Counted from the stretch's first letter, positions 26,343-35,612 are shown. The stretch is DNA of 64,000 bases from a candidate division Kazan bacterium GW2011_GWA1_50_15 (GCA_001029795.1 CP011216.1:350767-414766); one strand, 5' to 3'. Notes: generated from the letters alone by a model not told the origin. Made by a program: numbers and translations.

Positions 26343-26638
26343 GTCGTTTCCTGCCGGCCCTTTGGAACGAGACCCTTTCTTCACGGGACCCATCGAGCAA
26401 ATTCAGATTGCCAATAGCAAAATCGCCCGGTCTGGATAAGCATGTCTGACGAGGGCTTTAGCCCGAGGAGTTTGCGGTTAAATCCAGAAAGGGTGATTTT
26501 GGTTTTTGGCAACTGAATTAGTGAGTGGGATGCCCTTTTGGCGCCACCGTTTTGGGCAAACAAAATGGTGGCAAAAACGAACGACCACCGAGAGGCGGTC
26601 TAGATTCTTCACTTCGTTCAGAATGACAAATAAAAAAA

Positions 26639-26965
26639 CTAATTAAACAACCGCCCCGCGGACAATATCCATTGCATCAGCGCGGTGTTATCGGTTGCCC
26701 ACTTGGCGACGAACAGCAAACCCACCATTCCCAGTAAAAGCGGTATTAAAACGACTAGGTCGCGCTTAACCGTTGTGTGACTCTCGCTGGCAATGGCGTC
26801 AGACGAGGCCTCTTTGGTAGAGGCCACTGATTGAACCGGAACCGCCCCCGGGGTATACGAATCCGCCAGCTGGCGGGCCGCTGTGGGAGCGGACATTCCT
26901 GCTTCGCGATGCAGGGCTTGGAGCCGCTGCAGTTCGCGGAGCTGTTTGTGGCGTTTCTTAGACAT
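26639..26965 (-). CDS. small membrane-anchored protein (hypothetical)
   Basis: 108 aa with a basic N-terminus and one C-terminal TM helix. Confidence 0.35.
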   Translation of the reverse strand: MSKKRHKQLRELQRLQALHREAGMSAPTAARQLADSYTPGAVPVQSVASTKEASSDAIASESHTTVKRDLVVLIPLLLGMVGLLFVAKWATDNTALMQWILSAGRLFN

Positions 26966-26980
26966 GTATCTCTTTTATCC

Positions 26981-27088
26981 GTCATCCTCGGGCTTGGCCC
27001 GGGGATCCAGACAGAAACACAACGCATTTTTCTGTTCTTTTCTGGATTCCCGCTTTCGCGGGAATGACGAAGTATGGGACGGGATGAC
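26981..27088. repeat. MITE-like palindromic repeat, copy 1 (TIR GTCATCC / GGATGAC)
   Basis: Its first 38 nt are near-identical to copy 2 at 34586; there is an internal GGGATCCAGA / TCTGGATTCCC inverted repeat. Confidence 0.55.
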
Positions 27089-27111
27089 GGGACAAATGAT
27101 TTGAGCGCAGA

Positions 27112-27232
27112 GTACCCGCGACGACCTACTTTTGCAGGACCTTGCGGTCCAACTATCATCGGCCCTGGAGGGCTTGACTGCTCTGTTCGGGATGGGAAGA
27201 GGTATAACCCCTCCGGTATCATCACGGGGACT
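27112..27232 (-). rRNA. rrf: 5S ribosomal RNA
   Basis: The reverse complement reads CCCATCCCGAACAGAGCAGTCAAGCCCTCCAGGGCCGATGATAGTTGG...CTGCAAAAGTAGGTCGTCGCGGG, which is collinear with E. coli 5S loop A/B/C motifs (CCGAAC...GCCGATGGTAGT...AGAGTAGG). Helix I forms between the ends. Confidence 0.75.
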
Positions 27233-27246
27233 CTAGACTCAAACTG

Positions 27247-27543
27247 TTAATGTTTGTCGGGTGAGAAAAATTCGCGAAGCCGCCGCATATTTTCTTCCAG
27301 CGAGACCAATAGCAGGATCTGTTCGGCAACGGCCAGGAAGAGAATGGTGTACAAAACACTGATCAGCAGCACCCCTAGCGCGGTGACCCAGGCCGATCCT
27401 TGGGCCAGCTGAACCCCATAGTTGGACAAAATGTTTGGACTGAACATAGCGACAACGGCCAGTGCGATCCCGCTGGCAAACACCAGCCAGCCGATGGCCC
27501 GTAGAACATATACCAAAGTTCTTAACATTTTGAACTTTTTCAT
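27247..27543 (-). CDS. small two-TM membrane protein encoded in the 23S-5S spacer
   Basis: 98-aa ORF on the same strand as the rRNAs, with a GGGGGAGA SD 5 nt before the ATG and two hydrophobic helices. Confidence 0.45.
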   Translation of the reverse strand: MKKFKMLRTLVYVLRAIGWLVFASGIALAVVAMFSPNILSNYGVQLAQGSAWVTALGVLLISVLYTILFLAVAEQILLLVSLEENMRRLREFFSPDKH

Positions 27544-27631
27544 GGAGTCTCCCCCGATAGTTATTAATCTACAGATACACCATAACTGAAAAATTTTCAG
27601 TTGGCAAAACCGATGCCAGACTTGGATCGTC

Positions 27632-27650
27632 GATCTAAAAGCGTTAGCAC
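27632..27650 (-). promoter_or_regulatory. 3' half of the 23S precursor processing stem (RNase III-type)
   Basis: Perfect 19-nt complement of 32098..32116, bracketing the 23S gene. Confidence 0.7.
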
Positions 27651-27803
27651 TTATCTCTTGGGAAAAAGAGTAGATGTAAGTAATTAACTTATTAGTACGA
27701 CTCGGCTGAACCCATTACTGGGCTTACACCTGTCGCCTATCAACCAAGTGGTCTCCTTGGAGTTTCTCCCCCCTTGCGGGGGATGGAAATCTATCTTGGG
27801 GTG

Positions 27804-27836
<33 letters not shown>

Positions 27837-27970
27837 CATCCGCACGTAGCTACCCGACAATGCTCTTGGTAGAACAGCCGGTACACCAGAGGTGCGTTCG
27901 CTTCGGTCCTCTCGTACTAGAAGCGACTTCCCTCAAATTTCCTTCGTCCACAGCAGATAGAGACCGACAA

Positions 27971-28747
27971 TTTGTTACTTTGCAAACCACATCCAATACT
28001 GATGTTGCTCTGTGGTGACCATACCTTTCGGTAGGATTCTACATATCGCTATGCAGTTCGGACTATATCTTTCCTGCCGTGTGGCAGGACTTGGCATATA
28101 GTCTCTGAGGATTCTAAATTGGCAAGAATTTTGTCTTTGTCTAGCTTGCGATACCTCCCTCCCCCATTCATCGAGAAGGCCTTAATAATAATTTTCTTGA
28201 GGCCATTCTTTTCAAGATGGTGGTTGGTTCGCATAGCGGAGACGATTTCAGCAAACTTTTGAAAATCAGTTTGTTTGGAAGACAAGAGGGGATAGTGTCG
28301 AAAAAACGGGATTACTTTAGTCAGCAAATCGTGACGATCCCTAACTACCAGCACCTGACTTTTGTCAGTTAGGCTGGTCCGGTGATTATCCTTGATGTAG
28401 CCACAACCCAGCAACTGCTGGATCTCGCGCAACATCGAAGCCCGTTCCTGGTTCTGGCTGACATGAAATTCGGGAATCACCTGATACCCAAGCTTCACAT
28501 TCGGGCTTTTTTGGATAGCCACATGAAAGCTACCTTCTCCATCAACATATCCCGCAACATACCAACTTAGTCTTTCCTGCTGATTGTCTGCACTCATACA
28601 TTTTCACTTTGCCAATCTTGATCTCATTATAAAATATAGAGACCATATTGGCAATAGTAGTATAGAGATACTCAGAGTTTCCAGCATTTAGCCAAGTTTA
28701 TAGACAGCGCAGTCATACATTATTCGCTCCTAGAGCGAATAATTACC
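27971..28747 (-). mobile_element. group I intron in 23S domain V/VI, at or next to the I-CreI-type homing region after GAGACAGT
   Basis: Exon sequence is continuous with E. coli up to GTCGTGAGACAGT and resumes at TTGTCGGTCTCTATCTG. The intervening roughly 777 nt carry a LAGLIDADG ORF. Boundaries are +/-15 nt. Confidence 0.6.
28049..28597 (-). CDS. LAGLIDADG homing endonuclease (single-motif, I-CreI-like size)
   Basis: WYVAGYVDGEGSFHV is the LAGLIDADG motif; 182 aa; same orientation as the rRNA, inside the intron. Confidence 0.8.
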   Translation of the reverse strand: MSADNQQERLSWYVAGYVDGEGSFHVAIQKSPNVKLGYQVIPEFHVSQNQERASMLREIQQLLGCGYIKDNHRTSLTDKSQVLVVRDRHDLLTKVIPFFRHYPLLSSKQTDFQKFAEIVSAMRTNHHLEKNGLKKIIIKAFSMNGGGRYRKLDKDKILANLESSETICQVLPHGRKDIVRTA

Positions 28748-28748
28748 C

Positions 28749-28814
<66 letters not shown>

Positions 28815-28828
28815 AACCTGCTCCAGCT

Positions 28829-28859
<31 letters not shown>

Positions 28860-28891
28860 AAACCGCTTCGTCGATATGGACTCTTGGAAGC

Positions 28892-28923
<32 letters not shown>

Positions 28924-29382
28924 TCGTTGAGCTTCGGCGCACCCATGTGCAACCGTCGGATCACTATATCCTGCTTTCGCATCTGCTTGACTTGTAGGTC
29001 TCGCAGTTAAGCTCCCATATACTATTGCGCTATCGTCCCGATTTCCATCCGGGACTAGGGAACCTTTGAACGCCTCCGTTACTTTTTGGGAGGCAACCGC
29101 CCCAGTTAAACTACCCACCAAACGCTGTCCCCCTGCCAGATAATGGCTAGAGGTTAGGATTAAGAAATAGTCAGGGTGGTATTTCACCGTTGACTCCACC
29201 CCGACTAGCGTCGGGGCTTCACAGTCTCCCACCTATCCTACACAAACCAGCTCCTAACCCAGCGTCAAGTTGTAGTAAAGCTCCACGGGGTCTTTTTGTC
29301 TTGCTGCGGATAGCCGGCATCTTCACCGGCAATGTAGTTTCGCCGAGTCCCTCTTTGAGACAGTCATCAGACCGTTACGCTA

Positions 29383-29457
<75 letters not shown>

Positions 29458-29479
29458 AGGGCTTAGTGTTGGAGCTTCT

Positions 29480-29541
29480 CCCGCCAATTTAAAGTTCGTA
29501 CTCGTGTGCTGCTACGCGAATACCAGCTCTAAATTGGCGGG
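29480..29541 (-). mobile_element. TIR-bounded IVS-like insertion A in 23S (domain IV helix tip)
   Basis: 62 nt bounded by CCCGCCAATTTAAAG ... CTCTAAATTGGCGGG. It replaces the GCGCAAGC loop between GGGGTTA and GAAGCTC. Confidence 0.6.
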
Positions 29542-30067
29542 ATAACCCCTCTACGTGACCTTCTGGCACCGGGCAAGCGTCAGCCCCTATACCTCCTCTT
29601 TCGAGTTAGCAGAGACCTGTGTTTTTGCTAAACAGTCGCCTGATGTCTTTAGCTGCGGCCCCCCACTTTCTACGCACCAACTTGCGTTGCTTAGCGCATG
29701 AGCGCTATGCGCAGAAAGTGGGGGGCAGTCCTTATTCCGAAGTTACGGACGCTATTTTGCCGAGTTCCTTAAAGAGGGTTCTCTCGTGCGCCTTAGGCTA
29801 CTCGCCCTATCCACCTGTGTCGGTTTAGGTACGGATGCTCAATGTTCTCGCTAGAGGTTTTTCTGGTCAACTTAGATCAGCCAAATCGCCTTGTCCCGAA
29901 AGACTCAACTTTCCATTACAACTCGCGGTTCTCCGATTGCTCGGACGTTCCCCGGATTTGCCAAAGGAACCCACTTGTTGCTTAGACTGAGAAACCTATC
30001 TCAGCTCGGCCTACCAACTTGCGTCACCCCATTGCTAGACGTGCAGACCAGCAGAACCAGCATCCAT

Positions 30068-30169
30068 CCCGCCAATTTAACGCTTGTACCTATGGTTATC
30101 TCTCGACCAATTACATATAAACGTAAAACGATTAAGAAACTACCAAGATACCAGCCCTAAATTGGCGGG
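30068..30169 (-). mobile_element. TIR-bounded IVS-like insertion B in 23S (domain III variable helix)
   Basis: 102 nt bounded by CCCGCCAATTTAA ... CCCTAAATTGGCGGG. Confidence 0.6.
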
Positions 30170-30537
30170 ACGATCATCTGGCCTACCAGTTTGCTTGTCT
30201 TGGGCGAACATTAAGCAGTACAGGAATATTAACCTGTTGTCCATCGCCTACGCCTTGCGGCCTCGGCTTAGGACCGACTAACCCTGGGTCGAAAACCGTC
30301 GCCCAGGAAACCTCGGATAAATCGGCGTTAGAGTTTTTCACTCTAATCTCGCTACTCGTGCCAACATTCTCACTTCTGCGCGCTCCATCCAACCTCGCGG
30401 TTAAACTTCACTGCTGCGCAGAACGCTCCCCTACCGCTCTGCCTTACGGCAGAGCCCGCATCTTCGGTATTCAGCTTAGCCCCGTTAAATTTTCGGCGCA
30501 GACACACATCGACCAGTGAGCTGTTACGCTTTCTTTG

Positions 30538-30568
<31 letters not shown>

Positions 30569-31066
30569 TTGTTCATGTGTCTCCACTTCCTTTCACACTT
30601 AGCTGAATTTAGGGACCTTAGATGGCGGTCTGGGCTGTTTCCCTTTCGACATACGACGCTTAGCCGCCGTTTTCTGACTCCCGGGCTTAACCGGACAGTA
30701 TTCGGAGTTTAATTGGACGCGGTACGGTAAACCGCCCGAATCCATTCAGTAGCTCTACCACTGCCGGGAACGCTCTGAGGCTATACCTAAATATATTTCG
30801 GGGAGAACCAGCTATCTCCGGGTTCGATTGGAATTTCTCCGCTAACCACAGTTCATCCCCCCACTTTTCAACGTAGGTGGGTGCGGCCCTCCACTGCTTT
30901 TTACGGCAGCTTCAGCCTGACCATGGTTAGGTCACCCGGTTTCGGGTCTAATCCCTGCTACTTCAATCGCGCTATTCGCACTTGCTTTCGCTTCGGCTGC
31001 GAACGATAAGTTCTTAGCCTTGCAACAGAAATTAACTCGTTGGCTCATTCTACAAAAGGCACGCCG

Positions 31067-31330
31067 TCACCCCGCCATTTTAAAGCTCGTATCTAAACGC
31101 TGTTTCAACCTAGTCCAAGTTGTTCCATAATTTTTCAGCAGTTTTTCTCGTTTGTAAGCCGCGTGGGGGTCACGATAGGCTTCATAATATACGAGGTTAA
31201 AACTGCCATGCCCTTGATGGGCTGAAAACCTCTGGCGCAGGCTTTTGGTCTGGCCAATGTATGGTTTATGGGTTTTTAGATTGAGTAAGACATAGACATA
31301 GTGCATGTCTACATCATATAGCGTCGACAC
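31067..31330 (-). CDS. minimal GIY-YIG nuclease (87 aa) encoded inside 23S insertion C
   Basis: YVYVLLNLKTHKPYIGQTKSLRQRFSAHQ is GIY-(10 aa)-YIG with the conserved Arg and His; a downstream YYEAY Glu is present. The C-terminal FKMAG* is encoded by the TIR itself, and the gene has the same orientation as the rRNA. Confidence 0.65.
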   Translation of the reverse strand: MSTLYDVDMHYVYVLLNLKTHKPYIGQTKSLRQRFSAHQGHGSFNLVYYEAYRDPHAAYKREKLLKNYGTTWTRLKQRLDTSFKMAG

Positions 31331-31349
31331 CAGCGCTAAAATGGCGGGG
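31071..31349 (-). mobile_element. TIR-bounded insertion C in 23S helix 25, carrying a GIY-YIG ORF (putative autonomous copy)
   Basis: 279 nt bounded by CCCGCCATTTTAAAGCTCGTAT ... GCGCTAAAATGGCGGG (an A/T compensatory pair keeps the ends complementary). It replaces the helix-25 hairpin, which is the classic IVS site. Confidence 0.6.
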
Positions 31350-31408
31350 CTCCGACTTTTAGATGGGCATTCGGTTTCAGGTACTATTTCACTCCCCTCG
31401 CCGGGGGA

Positions 31409-31447
<39 letters not shown>

Positions 31448-31829
31448 GAGAAGTGATATTTAGCCTTACCAGATGGTCCTGGCACATTCCGGCGGGATTT
31501 CACGGGTCCCACCGTACTTAAGAAATAACGCTCAGAGTGATCTTCTTTTCGCTTACGGGACTATCACCCTCTTTGGTTGCCCTTTCCAGGGACCTTTAGC
31601 TAAGAAAATCATTTGTAACTCCTCATTTGGTCTACCGCCCAAAATGCATTATCCTTGTAACCCCCTCCTGCGCAACGCCAGTAGGCTTTAACACGCAAGA
31701 GAGTTTAGACTTCTCCCTTTTCGCTCGCCACTACTTAGGGAATAACATTTGTTCTATTTTCCTCGTGCTACTAAGATGTTTCAGTTCGCACGGTTTCCTC
31801 CACATCGCCTATGTATTCAGCAATGGGTT

Positions 31830-31929
31830 CCCGCCAATTTAAAGCTCGTATATCGCTACTGCCCACCCGACTAATTAACGAATTATTTATCGGTTGGGAT
31901 ATTTGATATACCAGCCCTAAATTGGCGGG
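31830..31929 (-). mobile_element. TIR-bounded IVS-like insertion D in 23S (helix 9 tip)
   Basis: 100 nt bounded by CCCGCCAATTTAAAGCTCGTAT ... ATACCAGCCCTAAATTGGCGGG. It replaces the hairpin between GATTTCCGAATGG and GAACTGAAACATCT. Confidence 0.6.
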
Positions 31930-32097
31930 AGGATTGCTCCATTCGGAAATCCCCGGATCACAGGTTGCTTGACACCTACCCGAGGCCTAACGCGGTCTGC
32001 TACGTCCTTCTTCGGTCACTTCTCCCAAGGCATCCACCGCATGCCCTTGAGTAACTTACACGCTCTTTTATCTCAAGAGACGAGTGCCTTACACTTT

Positions 32098-32116
32098 AGA
32101 TCGACGATCCAAGAAA
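32098..32116 (-). promoter_or_regulatory. 5' half of the 23S precursor processing stem
   Basis: Perfect 19-nt complement of 27632..27650. Confidence 0.7.
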
Positions 32117-32299
32117 ATCATCGGCTGCTTGGATCATCGGCCATTTGTCAATGAACTAAACATCCAAAGGTGTAACTGGAGTCCGCCAGCTGGCGGAGTA
32201 AAAAATGGTTGACCCATCCTGCGCATGATCTCTTCTCGAACTAGGATATCTATCCTCTTCTCGAAGTAGATAATGCTTTGGAGGGTGATTTTTACTGGC

Positions 32300-32334
32300 G
32301 TAAAAATCAAAAAGGCAGGGCGTTCACCCTGCTG
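32300..32334 (-). terminator. rho-independent terminator upstream of the rRNA operon (insulates it from the 33280..34005 gene)
   Basis: Minus-sense GCAGGG-tgaacg-CCCTGC followed by CTTTTTGATTTTT. Confidence 0.5.
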
Positions 32335-32593
32335 GTCAAAAATCAGTCAGTCAGGTGAACCTATGTTCGCAGCAGGTTTTGCAAATATAAAATAGCCAAG
32401 TCGTACAGGCCAGATGCAAGATTAAAAATTAGATGCCCCAAAAGCTTACAAAATGTAGTATAGCGAGTGTCTGGCGGCGTGCCAGAAGCACTAGTTGCAA
32501 GAGTACTATATACAGAGGTGGCTTGCAAGAGATATTCTGCCACCTTTTTCTAGCAGGGTCAAGAGTGGGCCCAAGGTGGGATATAATCAGAGG

Positions 32594-32878
32594 GTGGAAG
32601 ACATCAAAACCACCTTAGGCAAGGTCAAGAATAAGGTTCGCAATCCCCATCTCCACTCCGAGCTACACACTTTGGTAGACGAGGCCCGAACTCGCTTCGG
32701 CGAGACCGCGACCAAGGGCAAGGGCTCCTTCGCCTTTTACCTCGGGTTCTTTAAGCGGCTAGGGGTGCAAAAGGTGCGCCAACTGCTGGGTGAGGTAGTC
32801 GAGTCGGACGCCAGCGATCCAAAGCGACTCTTTTGGTACAAAGTAGCAAAAGAGTCCAAAACTGATTCAAAGAATTAG
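32594..32878 (+). CDS. hypothetical small protein
   Basis: The track ORF from 32495 runs through a terminator-like hairpin (32514..32549), so I use the in-frame GTG at 32594 as the start. About 95 aa, basic, no recognised motif. Low confidence. Confidence 0.3.
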   Translation: MEDIKTTLGKVKNKVRNPHLHSELHTLVDEARTRFGETATKGKGSFAFYLGFFKRLGVQKVRQLLGEVVESDASDPKRLFWYKVAKESKTDSKN

Positions 32879-33279
32879 TTTTGGGGACTGTGGCGCCTGT
32901 CCCGCATATAACGCTACTGAAATAACAGAAGGTACTTCGTTTTTCAGTAAGGAATTGTGCGGGAGTGGAAAATTAAAAATGAGGGGGGCCCTTCAACCCC
33001 CTCCAAACGCTAGCTGGCGTTTGATCCAGCGGCACTTTTGTCTTGCTAAAAGTGCCCAAAAGCGTGGCCCGCAACTGCGGGTCTATTCAATGGCAAAATC
33101 ATCTTTCCGTTAATGGTCGAAACTCGTCGCTTACCAGCTCCTCAAACATCTCCCCACGGCGATAGTTTTGCTCATTTCAAGACGACCCTCCGTTGAAGAG
33201 CCGAGTTAAAGAGCGGAGCAATTTGCTCGATGGGGTTATGGGATGGGGCGCTCAAGCTCCGATGGCGGAATGTCTACAG

Positions 33280-34005
33280 TTATTTGTTTGCATCTTTACC
33301 CCAAGCGCTGACTTCTTCTGGACTAGCTCCTCTGTACATGTACGCAGGGATAAGATATCTGTCACCATTATGGAGTAATAATGAATATGCCCCAGCTGGT
33401 TTTTGAGAACGAATCATGAACATTGGTTCTAGACCGCGTCTTTTCTCAACTGGTTTTTGCGTGTAGCTTTTTTGGAACCGAAATTGCTTCAGCATGATGA
33501 AGGTTCCCATCCTGGATAGATTGATTGGACGTGAAGTGATTTCATCAAAGAGCCATTTAAATAGATTGTCTGGACTATGCTTGATGAGAACTTCATGAAT
33601 TTGGTGGTTATCAGTGAAGAGCTGGAGCTCATCGGTGAATCGTTTAACCCCAACGAATGCCCGTACAGCATTGGTAACCGGGTTGGTCGGCAAGTCTCGT
33701 CTAATCCCCATATCCAAATTTGTATGCCCACTCTTTATCCTCTGGCGGTCTAATTGTATAAGCCGTCCTTCGAGGTGCTGCATTAAGGCTTTGGTGCCCC
33801 GCCTCGGCGGGTTACTAAGACCACCGTGGCCTAAACAGTTGAGGTAGAACCATAGTGTCGGATAAATGTCCTGCCGTTTCTCGCCATCTATCACGGCGCG
33901 GATAAGACTCAAGGCACGCACTAAATCACTGGGGCTAGATAGGCCCATCCGAAACATAGCGTTCAGTTTGGATAGTGCACTTTTTGTTGCCCTAGTCACC
34001 ATCAC
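33280..34005 (-). CDS. hypothetical protein (possible accessory or defence-type gene; family not recognised)
   Basis: 241-aa ORF in a locally AT-richer segment between the rRNA operon and def. Confidence 0.4.
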   Translation of the reverse strand: MMVTRATKSALSKLNAMFRMGLSSPSDLVRALSLIRAVIDGEKRQDIYPTLWFYLNCLGHGGLSNPPRRGTKALMQHLEGRLIQLDRQRIKSGHTNLDMGIRRDLPTNPVTNAVRAFVGVKRFTDELQLFTDNHQIHEVLIKHSPDNLFKWLFDEITSRPINLSRMGTFIMLKQFRFQKSYTQKPVEKRRGLEPMFMIRSQKPAGAYSLLLHNGDRYLIPAYMYRGASPEEVSAWGKDANK

Positions 34006-34062
34006 TCTAGTTTACCACTTGATAAAATCCGCCTCCAGAGCTATAATCTGGACTAATGTAAA

Positions 34063-34581
34063 ATGGAAGGGATGAAGCGAAAGATTTTACTAGCTTCGGT
34101 GCCGAAAGAACTAACTGTCCTGCGTGAAGTTAGTACTCCAGTAAAGAAAGTTGACGACAAAATTCGTGCCTTAGTTTTGGATATGTTTGATTCAATGCGC
34201 GCCGACAACGGCATTGGTTTGTCCGCTCCGCAAGTCGGCGAATTGAAGCGGATTATTATCACTGAATATCCACATGGCAAAGATCAAGTCCCTCGGACTG
34301 CGATTATTAATCCGGAAATTATTTGGACATCAAAAAAACAAGTAGTGGATGAAGAGGGCTGTTTATCATTCCCTGATTTGTTTGGAATGGTGAAACGACC
34401 AGAAAAAATTCGTTATCGCGGGCTGGACGAGACCGGCAAGCCCATCGAGGGCAAAGCCGGCGGATTACTGGCGCGCGTCATCCAGCATGAAACCGATCAT
34501 TTAGATGGTGTACTATTCATCGATCAGTTGGAGGGTGATTTGTATACCTACGAAAAACAGGATGATACAGAGAAGCTCTAA
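34063..34581 (+). CDS. def: peptide deformylase
   Basis: GIGLSAPQVG, EGCLSFP and QHETDHLDG, the three PDF motifs. Confidence 0.85.
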   Translation: MEGMKRKILLASVPKELTVLREVSTPVKKVDDKIRALVLDMFDSMRADNGIGLSAPQVGELKRIIITEYPHGKDQVPRTAIINPEIIWTSKKQVVDEEGCLSFPDLFGMVKRPEKIRYRGLDETGKPIEGKAGGLLARVIQHETDHLDGVLFIDQLEGDLYTYEKQDDTEKL

Positions 34582-34585
34582 TATT

Positions 34586-34668
34586 GTCATCCTCGGGCTT
34601 GACCCGGGGATCCAGACCGAAACAGATTTTGTTTTCTTTTCTGGGTCCCCAATCAAGTTGGGGATGAC
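34586..34668. repeat. MITE-like palindromic repeat, copy 2 (TIR GTCATCC / GGATGAC)
   Basis: GTCATCCTCGGGCTTGACCCGGGGATCCAGACCGAAACA ... TTCTTTTCTGGGTCCCC ... GGGGATGAC; lies between def and fmt. Confidence 0.55.
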
Positions 34669-34676
34669 CCGATGAA

Positions 34677-35612
34677 ATGAACAAATCAAGCACACATCGG
34701 GTCATTTTCATGGGGACGCCGGAGTTTGCGGTGCCTTCTTTGCGGGCGCTGATAGATAGCCCGCAATTTGAAGTGGTGGCTGTGGTCACCCAGCCGGATA
34801 AGCCGACTGGACGCAAACAGGTCATCACCCCCTCCCCCGTCAAAGCCCTAGCCCAAGAACAGGGGATAGCGGTACTGCAACCGGATAAAGTAAAAACTAA
34901 TCCGGATTTCTGGCAGAAACTACGAGGACTTAATCCCGATGTAATGGTGGTGGCCGCCTACGGCAAAATCCTGCCGCAGGAGGTTTTGGATATCCCGCCA
35001 AAGGGCATCGTCAATGTTCACGCTTCACTTTCGCCCAAATATCGCGGGGCCTCCCCCATTGCTTCAGCCATTCTGAACGGCGACACCCAAACTGGCGTGA
35101 CCATTATGAAGCTGGTTCTGGCAATGGATAAAGGGCCGATTATCGGCCAGAGCGAACCGGTTGATATCGACCCGACCGACACGACCGGCAGTTTAACCGC
35201 CAAATTAGCTCAGACCGGTGCCGATGCTCTACTGAGATATCTCAGTAGATATTTAGACGGTGAACTCACGCCCACCCCCCAAGATGACAGCCAAGCTACG
35301 TATACCAAACTGCTCGACAAATCCGTGGGTCAAATAGATTGGCATGAAAATGAAGAGCTCATCGCCCGCCAAGTGCGGGCTTATTCCCCGTGGCCATCGG
35401 CTTATACCACATTAGGCGGCATGTCAGTTAAAATCCTATCCGCCGAAGTGGCTCCCATCGACAATCCGACAGGGCATATCACTAAAATCGGCCAAGATAT
35501 GTTTATCGGCCGACTGAAAATCAGTCAATTACAGCCTGCGGGCGGCAAAGCAATGGCCGGTAGCGCATTTTTAGCCGGCCACTCCGAAATTATTAGCACC
35601 TTCGTGCTATAA
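34677..35612 (+). CDS. fmt: methionyl-tRNA formyltransferase
   Basis: N-terminal RVIFMGTPEFAVPSL, NVHASLSPKYRGASPI (formyltransferase SLLP-like motif) and a C-terminal domain; 311 aa. Confidence 0.85.
   Translation: MNKSSTHRVIFMGTPEFAVPSLRALIDSPQFEVVAVVTQPDKPTGRKQVITPSPVKALAQEQGIAVLQPDKVKTNPDFWQKLRGLNPDVMVVAAYGKILPQEVLDIPPKGIVNVHASLSPKYRGASPIASAILNGDTQTGVTIMKLVLAMDKGPIIGQSEPVDIDPTDTTGSLTAKLAQTGADALLRYLSRYLDGELTPTPQDDSQATYTKLLDKSVGQIDWHENEELIARQVRAYSPWPSAYTTLGGMSVKILSAEVAPIDNPTGHITKIGQDMFIGRLKISQLQPAGGKAMAGSAFLAGHSEIISTFVL

Noticed and set aside
26381-26563. 60-aa track ORF (minus) in the comM downstream spacer
   Set aside because: No SD, and it overlaps the perfect inverted repeat. No support beyond being open.
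29662-29733. 70-nt perfect-stem hairpin CCCCCCACTTTCT ... AGAAAGTGGGGGG inside the 23S as a fifth insertion
   Set aside because: Aligned to the E. coli sequence, it occupies the position of the naturally variable domain IV helix (H63-like), has a comparable length, and lacks the CCCGCCAATTTA termini. It is most likely a native expansion helix.
32495-32593. Upstream 33 codons of track ORF 32495..32878
   Set aside because: The frame runs through a terminator-like hairpin (AGAGGTGGC ... GCCACCTTTTT) and has no SD. I use the in-frame GTG at 32594 as a provisional start, and the gene itself is low-confidence.
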